In this document: positions 1 to 12,050 of the stretch, one piece after another
How the letters are laid out: each line of letters opens with the position of its first letter
Position numbering within the stretch: the first letter of the stretch is position 1
Source: Stegostoma tigrinum
Taxonomy: Eukaryota
Assembly: GCF_030684315.1 (NCBI RefSeq)
Contig: NC_081362.1
Coordinates: forward strand, 14,254,589 to 14,318,588
Direction: 5' to 3'
Length of the DNA stretch: 64,000 nt
Notes under the pieces: model-generated
The model's input: only the letters and a program-made list of their open reading frames with translations
Told to the model about the DNA's origin: nothing
The model's database searches: none
Program-made: the position numbers and the translations under genes

Positions 1-27
1 AATTTGCTAATGAGAGGTTAAAACCTT

Positions 28-178
28 AGAACTTCCTTCCTAATAGCATTAAAGGGGCTACCTGCACAAAATTTGCCTGCAGTGGTTCAAGAAGCCAATT
101 CGCCATCACCTTCTCGGGGGCTACTAGGGATGGGCACTAAATACTGGTCATTCACATCCCGTGAATGAATAAATAAAA
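28..178 (+). mobile_element. 3' end fragment of a CR1/L2-group LINE (family B)
   Basis: Ends in cacatcccgtgaatgaataaataaaa. The same 3' block recurs at 8495-8650 (+), inverted at the left ends of the minus-strand LINE fragments (about 25110 and 46460), and as the tail of the SINE at 39192-39545. Confidence 0.55.
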
Positions 179-2624
179 TCGTTAATCAATTTTTTAAAAA
201 TCTCCTATGCACCATATCAGCTGCATTATATTGTTTAGTGCTGTCTGTTACCTTACCTAAAACCTCCCAATTACTTAGACATGAGTGGCTTTAAGATATT
301 TGTGCTAACCTTCTTCAATTAATCTACAATTAGCCAAGCCCCACATTATCATTCCTAAAGACATCCCCACTGCAAAGGTTAATCTGACTGGCCTGCTGCT
401 GTTGGGTTTATCCTTGCATCACTTTTTTTTATGACCAGGGAGTAACACTTACAATTCTTTTGTGTTTTCGTACCATACCCAAATCTCATGAGGATTGGTG
501 AATTATGTCTGGTACCTTTATAATTTCCATTTCACACAAGCAACCAAAGAATCATGCATCTGCACGTGTGACTTTGCTATTTTACGTACAACCAAAGTTT
601 CCATTACATTCTCTTTATCAATTTTTAGTCCATCTTGTATCTAAATAACCTCATCTTTCACCATGACTTGGTCTGTATCATCTTCTTTGGTACACAACTA
701 GTTTCTCAGGAATGTCCTTTGCACAATATGTTTCTCTTTTTTTGGTTTCTAGTTAGTTTCAAATCTCTTCTTACTACTATTATTTACATATTTGTAAAAG
801 ACTTGGGTTCTCTTTTATGTTCACTGCTGGTTTATTCTCATGTTCTCTCATTGACCCCTCTTACTTCATTTTTCACTTGCCCTCTGAACCACTTATATTG
901 AGCCTTGTTGTTATTCATATTATCAACCTGACATTTATCATACACTGTCTTTTTCTGGTTTATTTCACTGTCTGTTTTCTTCAAAATCCAGAGAGCTTGA
1001 TCATGGTTGTCCTGACTTTCCTCCTCATGGGAATGTACCTTGATTCTCAACCCATTTCTTGAAAGACTCCACTCCAGGCTGAGACACTTCCCCGAGAATG
1101 CCGGGGCGGAAGGAAAGGAGCACGGAGAAAGGAAAGAAACGGACGGCAAGGACTAAATTTTACTCCCATCTAACAAACAGATTTTTGAGGAGGTATCTTC
1201 ATAAAGTCCTTGAGGCAGAAGGAAATAGACCTTACTGTCGATATCGGTGGATCATAAACACCAGTATAGTGGATGGTTAGCTGTGAAGCACCTGTTTTTA
1301 TTCCCAACTGACAGCTAAATTTTATTGTGGTCAAACTTTAGACAAACTACTCAAACCTCTGGAATACATTAAAACATTCTGTTTCCTTTTAATACTTTAA
1401 TATCGAGAGAAACTGAGTTGAATAGTCTAGTGCAACAGCTGTGTCTTGCTTGCGGTTAGTTAACCTTATAGACTGTTTCTCATTTTTGATCAAATTTGTA
1501 TCCTGCAAAATGAATGGGCTGACATTGTGCTTTTGATGAGTGGACCAAATTTTACTCCATCTGTCAAACAGATTCTTCATCAAACAATAGAGTGGCAAAA
1601 TGTATTTTTTAAAATTATTCTCTGATGTGGTGGATACGTTTGGGAATGTCTTTAGTTTTATCCTTTAGCCACCTTTTGGACCTCTGAGGGAAGGCTATCT
1701 CTAAGACATTTGTTGAGGATAATTTACATACTGCCATCAGACATTGTACTCTTGTGACAACTCAAGACAATAATTAAATACTGAGGTACTGCCAATTCCC
1801 ATTTTTCCAAAATTGTACTTGAATTCATAAAATCTGTAAAAGGACATTCCATAACAAATAAAATTGACATCGCAGAAAGTGCAATGCAATGAAGTTCTTT
1901 TCATACAACATGTAACATGCCAGGTGCCTCACTAAAATTGCAGTTGTAAGTGATGTTTACAGAGTACATTTTATGTCAATCAGAGCTGTCCCAGGGGTTC
2001 TCACGTATTTCGACCCCTCAGTATACAATTGCTGCTAAGCCTTTCCCCATTGAACATTGTGGTTGCATCCCCGAGTTTAGTATGCCATTTCTGGAACATC
2101 AAATGAGCAGGTCAACAACACTCAGTCCTGGCCACTTAATTGCACTAGAAGAGGAGCCCTATTCTGTTATGATCTATTTTGTTTGTAGGTGAAATAAACA
2201 AGGAAGGGTGTTAGATTACTCCCCTAGGAACTGACTCCCTCATTAACAATGCAAAGCGAAGTACAACAAATTCTATAGTGTATTTCACCACAATCTGTGC
2301 CAAATAAAGTCACATAGAAAATTCATTTGCAGTTGGTATTTATTTTGAAAGCACTGAATTGATGCAATTTGTAGTTGGAACAAAAGCTGAGTTGCCCAAC
2401 ATACCTTTTCCCAAATCAAGATTTTGGGTGTTTACTTTTGACGGAGTGGCCATTTGCTGAGATAAGAACTGATGAGTTGAACACCACCCTGAGCAAAGGT
2501 TAATGCTGGCCCAACTTTGGTTAGTTGATTGGTTTATTTGCAGCTCTTGGTACATGGAATTATGCAAATTACATTTTGAATCCTTTCAGATTGTATGAGA
2601 TGGTGGTTGTGCCTCTGTAATATC

Positions 2625-3190
2625 CATAAGATATAGGAGTAGAATTTGGCTATTTGGTGCATTGTGTCTGCTCCACCATTCAATCATGGCTGATATATTT
2701 CTCATTCCGTTCTCCTACCTTCTCCCTATAACCCATGATCTCTTTGCTATTCAAGAACCCATCTATCTCTGACTTAAATACACTCAATGATTTGGCCTCC
2801 ATAGCCTTCTACAGCAATGAATTCCACAGATTTACCACTCTATTACTGATGAAATTCCTCCCCAAAGGGTCATTCCTTCACTCTAAGACAGTGCCCTCAG
2901 GTACTAGTCTCTTCTAGTGGAAAGATCTCCATATCCACTCCTTCTAAACTACATTGAGTACAGACCCCAGAGTCCTGAACCACTCCTTCAGTCTTGGGAT
3001 CCTTTTTGTGAGCCTTCTTTGGACCCCCTCCAAGGCCAGCATATCCTTTCTGAGGTACTGGGCCAAAAACTGCTGTCAACATTTCAAATGCAGTCTAAAC
3101 AGAGCCTTCAACAGCCTCAGCAATACATCCCTGCTCTTGTATTCTAGCCCCCTCAAAATGAATATTATAATTGCATTTGCCTTCCTAAGT
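2625..3190 (-). mobile_element. CR1-clade LINE 3' fragment
   Basis: Minus-strand translation gives CR1 ORF2 C-terminal motifs (RKANAII..ILRGLEYKSRDVLLRLLKALFRLHLKC, compare ..LY..LVRPHLEYC). The ataagatataggagtagaa tail is shared with the copies at 47825 and 55110. Confidence 0.75.
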
Positions 3191-3599
3191 CGTATGTCAT
3201 ATTTCTCAGCAAAAACATTTTGCTGGTCTTTGAATTGCCATGCACAAACTAAGACTAATCGAAACATTGTAACATACTGCATCATTTGACATTGCTCACA
3301 AAATGCCATACAATTCTAAATCCAGTGCTCTCGTTCTTTGAAAAAAATCTGTAGGGCACATCCGTGGCTTTGTTCAAAATAGTGTGATAAATTGATTGTT
3401 GCCTGTGCAACTTCAATGTGAATGACACCTACCATAACGTTTTCATAATGAATCAGTGCTAGCATCACTATGTGCATATGGTGCACTTGGAGGAAGCAGA
3501 CTGTTGGAGTGCTTCAGGGGAGGTTAATGCACTAGAACAAGGGTGGCACTCTGAAACTTGTCATCAACATTTAGGCATCTAAATAGTCAATTCATAGTG

Positions 3600-4355
3600 A
3601 AGAACTTGACTATTGATGAAAAAGCTTTTCATCTTGCACTTGTCAGGACAATTCACAAGAATGCCAATTTAAGAGAAAATCAACATTTATACAACATGAG
3701 AGGGAACTGCTGAATGGTTGGCAAGCCGTAAATAATGCACACTTGATTGACAGCTAACATGTTTTAAATTTTAAATCAGCTGTTGCCCTGACAAATTAAC
3801 CAACAAATGGCTTCCGCTATTTTGTACGTTGAAACAGGCACAGTGCATGCGCATATTCTTCCTGCCTACAAAGAACAGGGCCCTATGTATTAATATACAT
3901 GGTGTGGTCTATTACTGCGTGTTGAAAACTGAGATACCAATTGACCACCCTGAATTGGTTGTCTGTATAATTCTTTACATGCTCCGGATTGTGGAGCAAA
4001 TGTTGTCCAGTTATGGAATCACATCTAATGTTAGATACTGTTGTGCAAGTTTTGCAACCACAATCTGATTGTATGTGGTCAGTATCTTGTTTGTTGCGAA
4101 CAGCCAAAGAGATGTGAAGTTTTGATATGATCCACCAGTCTTTCTGTTATGTGACCTATGCATCTAACATTGCATTGGCACTGAAAGTCATTACTACTTT
4201 GTGTGATTGACCAATTTTTTACTGGCTTGAACACAAAATCCTGTTAGTGTTAAACACCGTTCGTGTTGCTACTGCATAGTAGCAGCTTGAAACAGCTAAA
4301 TTCACCTGTTGCTCAAACCTTTGAGTTGCCTTCCCCTTCCAGGGTAATCAGTGGT
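3600..4355 (-). mobile_element. Old Penelope-like element (family D): GIY-YIG C-terminal region plus 3' end
   Basis: Degenerate minus-strand peptides LPWKGKATQRFEQQVNLAVSSCYYAVATRTVFNT..., FQCQC...IG... and CDSITGQHLLHNPE...NYTDNQFRVV resemble the PLE linker and GIY-YIG region. A decayed hammerhead-like motif CTGACAAGTGCAAGATGAAAAGCTT lies at 3646-3622. Confidence 0.65.
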
Positions 4356-4494
4356 GGATTAGGCACTTTACAGCCACATGAATAAATGCAGAAATTCCTA
4401 GACTTTGTAGGAACATGTGTATGCACTGCATTTCAGCAAAATCAGTGACAAATGCTGTGTTATAGGTTAATGATTCAGGCTGGAGAATGTGAAG

Positions 4495-5430
4495 TCAGAG
4501 GATAAGTAGTAATATGGATTGCTAGGTAGCTTCAAGACAAAGAGCAGACAGTGGTAGTAAAGAATAGTTATTCAGAGTGGCAGAATGTGAAAAGTCGTGT
4601 TCCACAATGACTGGGGCAGGGGTCACTGCTGTTCTCAAATTATGTTAACAAATGGCCATTCAAAGACATAATTTCTAAAGTTGCAGAAGACATGAAATTG
4701 AGGATATAGTCAATATTAAGGAAGGACTGCAGAAAATTACATTAATAAAACTGTAGAATGGGTCAGTGTTTGACGGATGAAGTTTCAACCTGAGGTAATA
4801 TATTTTGCTTTGAGAATTAGTGAGGTCACTTATTGCTTGGGAGTTGCAAATCTCTGTGAGGTGATGGAATAAAGGATCTTCGAGTACATATACAACATCC
4901 CTGCAGGTTGCACAAGTTATGAAGGTTTATTTTTTAAATAAAACAAACAAGCGTTACACCTTATTTTTAAAGAGTTGAATGAAAACTAGGGAAATTATGC
5001 TCATATATATCAAGTAATAACTGACAGCTTAGGTCTCTTTTCTTTTGAGGAAAGAACACCGAGGGGGTGACCTAATGAACAGAGGTATTTATAATTCTGA
5101 AAGGTTTTGATTGAGTGATGGAGAGAACGTTTCATCTTGCAGGGTAGAGCATATTCAGAGGCAATCAGTATGTGCTGATCACCAACAAACCCGATAGAAA
5201 GTTTCTCTACCTAAAGAACAGTGAGAAAATTGAACTCACAATGGTAGGGAGTGGTTTAAGCAAATTGGATAGAGACATTTAAAGGAAAGTAAGATGAGTG
5301 CAAATGGTGGAAGTCAATAAATAGTTACAAGAAGTACAAATTTCGATGAGAAAAAATATAATGTGGCTCATTTGAAACATAAGTGCTGTCATGAATAGGT
5401 TGAACTGAATGGCTTGTTTCTGTGCTGCAA
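4495..5430 (+). mobile_element. Highly degraded CR1 LINE (RT region and 3' end)
   Basis: Remnant motifs ISKVAEDMKL (compare ISKFADDTKL) and LGLFSFEE...RGDL. CR1-type tail tgaactgaatggcttgtttctgtgctg. Confidence 0.6.
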
Positions 5431-6409
5431 ATCCTATGGAATCAAGTTATGGCTATACATAAATGTGAAATTTACATTCATGTGTACTTGCAGTATAAAA
5501 AATAGGGTACTGTCTTTGGGGCTTCACAGTAAAAAGCTGGAACAGTTAAGAATTCAGCCGAAAATTATACAATATGTGGATATGTTTTTAAGAGAGGTAC
5601 ATCAGGGTGACAAAAGTTCTAAATTGGATGCCCCAAGTATTGATGTTCAAACCGGTACTATTATCAACTTTCAGTCAATAATTAGAATTGGACAAATGTG
5701 TTGATAAAATCTAGGAGACACTGTTGATTCTGAGATCAATGCTTATGAAATGACTGATTTAAAGTAGACAGAAGCGGTGCCACATAAAATTCAATTGGAA
5801 TAAGTTTGAAGATCTTTACATCAGAAGAAAGAGTAGCTATGCTCTGAAAATGATACAGTAATGATTCAGGACAAACCTGTAAAGAATAGGTAGCCATAGA
5901 AGTCTTCAGGTTAACAATATCCAATCAACATCAAATAATGATCAACAATTCAGGTAGAATGATGAGCTACACCGTGAAAGTGGTCCAATACAAGTGGAGA
6001 AAATCTTTTTTTACATTAAAATGCTGTGGTCAGACCATAAGTGGTAATGTGCCTTAGGCACAGAAATGTAAGGGAGACGTTAAGGCACAGGAACCAATTC
6101 AAGATAAAAACCACAAAGCCAAAAAGGAAAAATCTCATCAATAGAGTTGGGGAGAACAGCTGCAGACCCTAATATTACTTCAGGAACAACTGTGGAGTTG
6201 TAGCTGGCATATTTATTGCATAGATAAACTGACAATCTTGTACTGTCCGCTTGCACAATCACATTTACAATATTTTTAATTCCAGACTTGTTTATTTGTA
6301 GTGGCAGGATTTGAGCTTATGTCACCATCCCTTATTTGTGGAACTAATGTATTTTTGTTTAATTCACTAACTGGTGTAATGCTGACTTTACAGTTCTGAT
6401 GAAAGACTA

Positions 6410-6960
6410 TAAGCTATAGTTTTAGAATGAGACCATTGGGCCCATTGACAGTTCCACCGTTCAGTTATGGCTGACATGGTTCTCAACCTCATTCTCCTGC
6501 CTTCTCAGATTAAATGAGATTAAATTTATTTTTGTTGCATGCAGCGAGATACATTGAAAAGGATTGTTTTGCATGCCGTGCAGGCAAATCACACCATACA
6601 GAATGTAGTATACAGTGTTGCAGCCACAGAGAAGGTACAGAGGAAGAGAGATCAACATTAACGCTTGAGAAATCCATTCAAAAGTCTCATAACAGTGGGA
6701 AGAAGCTGTTCTTAAATATATTTGTACATGTATTACATCTTCTGACTGATGGAAGAGCATATAACTGGGGTGGGAAGTGTCTTTCATTATGTTCGTTGCT
6801 TTTCTGAGGAAGTGGGAAATATAGATGGATTCAATGAATGGAAGGCTAATCTCCCCCTAACCCTTGATCCCCTTAACAATCAAGAACGTAGCTATCTCTG
6901 TCTTAAATATACTCAATGACTTGGTTTCCAAAGCCCTCTGGATCACTGAGTTCCATTAGA
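6410..6960 (-). mobile_element. CR1 3' tail fragment interrupted by a Rex1/Babar-like LINE 3' fragment (about 6506-6850)
   Basis: Flanks match the CR1 tail at 2625-2830 and rejoin across the insert (cctgccttctc | cccctaacccttgatcccc). The insert's minus-strand peptide MKDTSHPSYMLF... resembles the Rex1 C-terminus DPSHPGH.LF.LLPSGRR. Confidence 0.55.
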
Positions 6961-7259
6961 TAAAAAAGGTGATCAACCTGATTAATTAAGTCTGTTCCTG
7001 TTAACTTCAGCATTTTGTATTTTCACTTGAGATTTCCAACATCCACTAACTCTCACTTTTATTTTGGAGAAAGAATATCGTCCAAGTTTTTGATTCCTGC
7101 CCTTAACTTAGAGAATGGAGAGGTGGCTATTATACAAGGAAAGAATCTGTCACATGATCAAATGAGTTAGTACTAGAAGGCTGTGACAGTATCTATATAG
7201 TAAGATAAGCAATGGTCAGAACTTCCATAAGAGGCGTTTGTAAAATTAACAGAAAATTA

Positions 7260-7743
7260 AAAACAAAAGAACTGCAGATGCTATAAATCATGAACAAAAA
7301 CAGAAGTTGCTGGAAAAGCTCAGCAGGTTTGCCAGCATCTGAGAAGGAGAAAACAGAGTTAATGTTTCGGGTCCAGTGACCCTACGAATGCCTGTTAGAA
7401 GCTTAATTGTCATGCGAAACTATTCAAACTCTAAACTAGAGGTATTTTTAAGAACCGTTAGTGTAGATTATTAGCAATCCTGTATAATACACACATACTT
7501 TATATAAAGTACCATATGATTGCATCCAATTACATAATGATATATTCACAACAGTTTGTATAATTGACTATGTTATCCCCAAGCTTTACATATGTACGCT
7601 TAAAATTTCATGAAGCAAGCTCATTTGATTTGTTGTAAAAAGTTCTGAGGAAGGGCCACCGGACCCAAAATGTTAACTCTGTTTTCTCCTTCGCAGATGC
7701 TGCCAGACCTGCTGAGCTTTTCCAGCAACTTCTGTTTCTGTTT
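7260..7743. mobile_element. PLE family B tail-out inverted pair of 3' termini enclosing 261 bp of copied local DNA; 11-bp TSD
   Basis: Arms at 7260-7383 (-) and 7641-7743 (+) are inverted copies (cagatgctgccagacctgctgagcttttccagcaacttctg). TSD acagaaaatta at 7249-7259 and 7744-7754. Confidence 0.85.
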
Positions 7744-8020
7744 ACAGAAAATTATCCTGACATGAACTTCTGTGATTTTCGAACTCATTACCTGATTACA
7801 ATTCTAAACCATTATTACGTTGGCACAAAGTTAGAAATTATTTGCAGCACAGAAGCATGATCTTTGCCTCATTCTGGTACCTATGCTCAAAGTAAGTGTG
7901 GCACTTAAACTGTAGAATACTGTTTATTGCCCACAGTTTTTGTTTAGAAATAAAAGAAAATGTATTTTTACAATAGCAGCTGCTTAATAAATGCAGAACT
8001 CGGTCACATAAACCTTTAGA

Positions 8021-8281
8021 TACGAGCACTTTTTAAAAGCTTAATTGTTATGCGAGACTTTTCAAACTCTAAACTAGAGGTATTTTTAAGAGCCATTAGA
8101 GCAGATTATTAGTAATCCTTTATAATACACTCATACTTTTTATAAAGTGACATATAATTACATCTAATTACATAATGATATATTCACTACAATTTGTATA
8201 ATTCACTATATTGTCTCCAAGCGTTGCAAATGTACGCTCCAAATTTTATGAAGCAAACTCATTTGATTTGTTGTAAAAAGT
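8021..8281 (+). repeat. Donor copy of the 261-bp segment duplicated at 7383-7643
   Basis: Colinear with and the same length as 7383-7643. Long identical tracts include ttcaaactctaaactagaggtatttttaaga and ctcatttgatttgttgtaaaaagt. Confidence 0.9.
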
Positions 8282-9689
8282 ACCTTTAAATGGACATGAT
8301 TTGCATGTGCAAAATCAGTCTGCAAATCACTAATCGATGATGTCATCCCCAGTGATGTGATTTCTAAAGACAAAATTAACGGGGTTAAAATGTAATGAAA
8401 CAATTTGTATGTGATTAAGGACTCAATCAATTTGTACCATGTTATCCAACTGATCATAATGTATATTGTGAAACATGTTATGGTTCAAAATCCGGGAATT
8501 CCCTCCCAAACAGCAATGTGGGACTACCTGTACCAAATGGACTGCCAGGGATCAAAAAGGTAGCTCACTACCACCTTGTCCAGGGCAACTACAGATGTGC
8601 AATAAAAACTGGCTGGACCATCATGTCCACATTACGTGAATGATCTTTTAAAAATGTATTGACTAGTTAGCAATTGAGTGTCTGACTTAGCACACTGCCC
8701 TTTCACCTGGGATTTTGGATGAGTTTCAAGCCACCTGAGCCTTTCAAATTGATTAATGGTGGGCATAATAAATAGTAAAAGTGACAATGGTAATCAAATA
8801 AAAATGAATTTCAAACAAGTGAATATGGAGTTTTATATCTGGGGTTTGATGAAGCTCTGGCAGAGTTTTATGCTAGGAGTATCCCGTTATGAAGTTGAAG
8901 TATAGTATTTAAAATAAAAAGTGTTTCATTCCTCAATGCTCATTTTACTGATTTTGTGAAACAGGTAAATAAATCACTATAAAGGCAGATAAATTCCTGG
9001 GACCTGATCACATGTACCCTTGAACTTTGTGGGAAGCTAGGGAAGCGATTGCTGAGCCCCTTGTTGAGACATTTGTATCATCAATAACTGCAGGTGAGGT
9101 GCCAGAAGACTTGGAGGCTGGCTAATGTGGTGCCTTTATTTAATAAAGGTGATGAGGAAAAGCCAGAGAACTATAGACCGGTGAGCATGACTTCAGTGGT
9201 GGGCAAGTCGTTGGAGAGGATCCTGAGAGATGGGATTTACATGTATTTGGAAAGGCAAGTGTTGATTAGGGATAGTTAACATGGCTTTGTGCATGTAAAA
9301 TCGTGTCTCACTGACTTGATTGAGTTTTTTGAAGAAGTAACGAAAAGGATTGATGAAGGTAGAGCAGTGAATGTGATCAGTATGGACTTCAGTAAGGTGT
9401 TCAACAAGGTTGTGCAGGTTAGACTGGTGAGCAAGGTTAGATCACATGGAATACAGGGAGAACGAGCCTTTGGATACAGAACTGGCTCAAAGGTAGGAAA
9501 TAGAGGATGGTGGTGGGGTGTTGTTTTTCAGACCAGAAGCCTGTGACCAGCAGTATGCCACAAGGATCAGTGCTGCGTCTACTGCTTTTTGTCAGTTATA
9601 TAAGTTTGGATGTGAACATAGGAGGTATGATTAGTAAGATTGCAGATGACACCAAAATTGGAGGTGTAGCAGGCAGCCAAAAAAAGTTA

Positions 9690-11785
9690 ATAAAATGTGA
9701 GGCTGGATGAACACAGCAGGCCAAGCAGCATCTCAGGAGCACAAAAGCTGACGTTTCGGGCCGAGACCCTTCATCAGAGAGGGGGATGGGGTGAGGGTTC
9801 TGGAATAAATAGGGAGAGAGGGGGAGGCGGACCGAAGATGGAGAGAAAAGAAGATAGGTGGAGAGAGTATAGGTGGGGAGGTAGGGAGGGGATAGGTCAG
9901 TCCAGGGAAGACGGACAGGTCAAGGAGGTGGGATGAGGTTAGTAGGTAGATGGGGGTGCGGCTTGGGGTGGGAGGAAGGGATGGGTGAGAGGAAGAACCG
10001 GTTAGGGAGGCAGAGACAGGTTGGACTGGTTTTGGGATGCAGTGGGTGGAGGGGAAGAGCTGAGCTGGTTGTGTGGTGCAGTGGGGGGAGGGGACGAACT
10101 GGGCTGGTTTAGGGATGCAGTTGGGGAAGGGGAGATTTTGAAGCTGGTGAAGTCCACATTGGTACCATTGGGCTGCAGTGTTCCCAGGCGGAATATGAGT
10201 TGCTGTTCCTGCAACCTACGGGTGGCATCATTGTGGCACTGCAGGAGGCCCATGATGGACATGTCATCGAAAGAATGAGAGGGGGAGTGGAAATGGTTTG
10301 TGACTGGGAGATGCAGTTGTTTAATGCGAACTGAGCGGAGGTGTTCCACAAAGCGGTCTCCAAGCCTCCGCTTGGTTTCCCCAATGTAGAGGAAGCCACA
10401 CCGGGTACAGTGGATGCAGTATACCACATTGGCAGATGTGCAGGTGAACCTCTGCTTAATGTGGAATGTCATCTTGGGGCCTGGGATAGGGGTGAGGGAG
10501 GAGGTGTGGGGGCAAGTGTAGCATTTCCTGCGGTTGCAGGGGAAGATGCCGGGTGTGGTGGGGTTGGAGGGCAGTGTGGAGCGAACAAGGGAGTCACGGA
10601 GAGAGTGGTCTCTCCGGAAAGCAGACAGGGATGGGGATGGAAAAATGTCTTGGGTGGTGGGGTCGGATTGTAGATGGCGGAAGTGTCGGAGGATGATGCG
10701 TTGTATCCGGAGGTTGGTAGGGTGGTGTGTGAGAACGAGGGGGATCCTCTTTGGGCGGTTGTGGTGGGGGCGGGGTGTGAGGGATGTGTTGCGGGAAATG
10801 CGGGAGACGCGGTCAAGTGCGTTCTCGATCACTGTGGGGGGAAAGTTGCGGTCCTTGAAGAACTTGGACATCTGGGATGTGCGGGAGTGGAATGTCTTAT
10901 CGTGGGAGCAGATGCGGCGGAGGCGGAGGAATTGGGAATAGGGGATGGAATTTTTGCAGGAGGGTGGGTGGGAGGAGGTGTATTTTAGGTAGCTGTGGGA
11001 GTCGGTGGGCTTGAAATGGACATCAGTTACAAGCTGGTTGCCTGAGATGGAGACTGAGAGGTCCAGGAAGGTGAGGGATGTGCTGGAGATGGCCCAGGTG
11101 AACTGAAGGTTGGGGTGGAAGGTGTTGGTGAAGTGGATGAACTGTTCGAGCTCCTCTGGGGATGACATGTCCATCGTGGGCCTCCTGCAGTGCCACAATG
11201 ATGCCACCCGTAGGTTGCAGGAACAGCAACTCATATTCCGCCTGGGAACCCTGCAGCCTAATGGTATCAATGTGGACTTCACCAGTTTCAAAATCTCCCC
11301 TTCCCCAGCTGCATCCCTAAACCAGCCCAGTTCGTCCCCTCCCCCCACTGCACCACACAACCAGCCCAGCTCTTCCCCCCCCCCCACCCACTGCATCCCA
11401 AAACCAGTCCAACCTGTCTCTGCCTCCCTAACCTGTTCTTCCTCTCACCCATCCCTTCCTCCCACCCCAAGCCGCACCCCCATCTACTTATTAACCTCAT
11501 CCCACCTCCTTGACCTGTCCGTCTTCCCTGGACTGACCTGTCCCCTCCCTACCTCCCCACCTATACTCTCTCCACCTATCTTCTTTTCTCTCCATCTTCG
11601 GTCCGCCTCCCCCTCTCTCCCTATTTATTCCAGAACCCTCACCCCATCCCCCTCTCTGATGAAGGGTCTAGGCCCGAAACGTCAGCTTTTGTGCTCCTGA
11701 GATGCTGCTTGGCCTGCTGTGTTCATCTAGCCTCACATTTTATTATCTTGGATTCTCCAGCATCTGCAGTTCCCATTATCTCTGA
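9690..11785. mobile_element. Penelope-like retroelement (family A), tail-out inverted pair: minus arm 9690-11160, plus arm 11161-11785
   Basis: The minus-strand ORF encodes the RT thumb (LTFLDL, FKPTDSHSYL), the CNRRKCYTC linker and a GIY-YIG endonuclease (VVYCIHCTRCGFLYIGETKRRL). TSD agccaaaaaa(a)gtta at 9675-9689 and 11786-11799. 'ga' microhomology at the arm junction. Confidence 0.95.
11656..11683 (+). ncRNA. Minimal hammerhead-ribozyme-like motif in the PLE 3' terminal repeat
   Basis: CTGATGA-A-GGGT-CTAG-GCCC-GAAACGTC contains the core boxes CUGAUGA and GAAA, a stem II, and the palindrome ACGU in place of helix III. PLE-associated minimal hammerheads are an established class. Confidence 0.65.
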
Positions 11786-12050
11786 AGCCAAAAAAGTTAC
11801 CTCAGATTACAGTGAGACCTTGATCAGATGGATGGGTGGACCAAGGAGTGGCAGATAGAGTTTAATTTCGATAAATGTGAGGTGTTGTATTTTGGAAAGG
11901 CAAATCAGGGCCGGACTTACACACTTAATGGTAAGGTCCTGGGAAGCGTTGCTGAATCAGGAGACCTTGGAGTACAGGTTCATAGTTCCTTGAAAGTGGA
12001 GTTGCAGGTGGACAGAATAGTGAAGAAGGCATTTGATATACTTGAGAAGT

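Noticed and set aside
9998-10115. About 42-bp tandem units (ctggtt...gatgcagtggg..ggagggga) resembling a CRISPR-like array
   Set aside because: Imperfect tandem repeat inside the PLE ORF end (PTASQNQPSSSPP), present in all long arms and without unique spacers. The context is eukaryotic.
10021-10988. Cluster of overlapping 85-135 aa ORFs (also 58022-58890 and 59160-60099)
   Set aside because: Antisense or alternate-frame shadows of the GC-rich PLE coding sequence.
10002-11396. 464-aa ORF as an intact novel gene
   Set aside because: Chimeric. The N-terminal part is the antisense of the plus arm, read through the inversion junction into a 5'-truncated PLE ORF that lacks the RT catalytic core.
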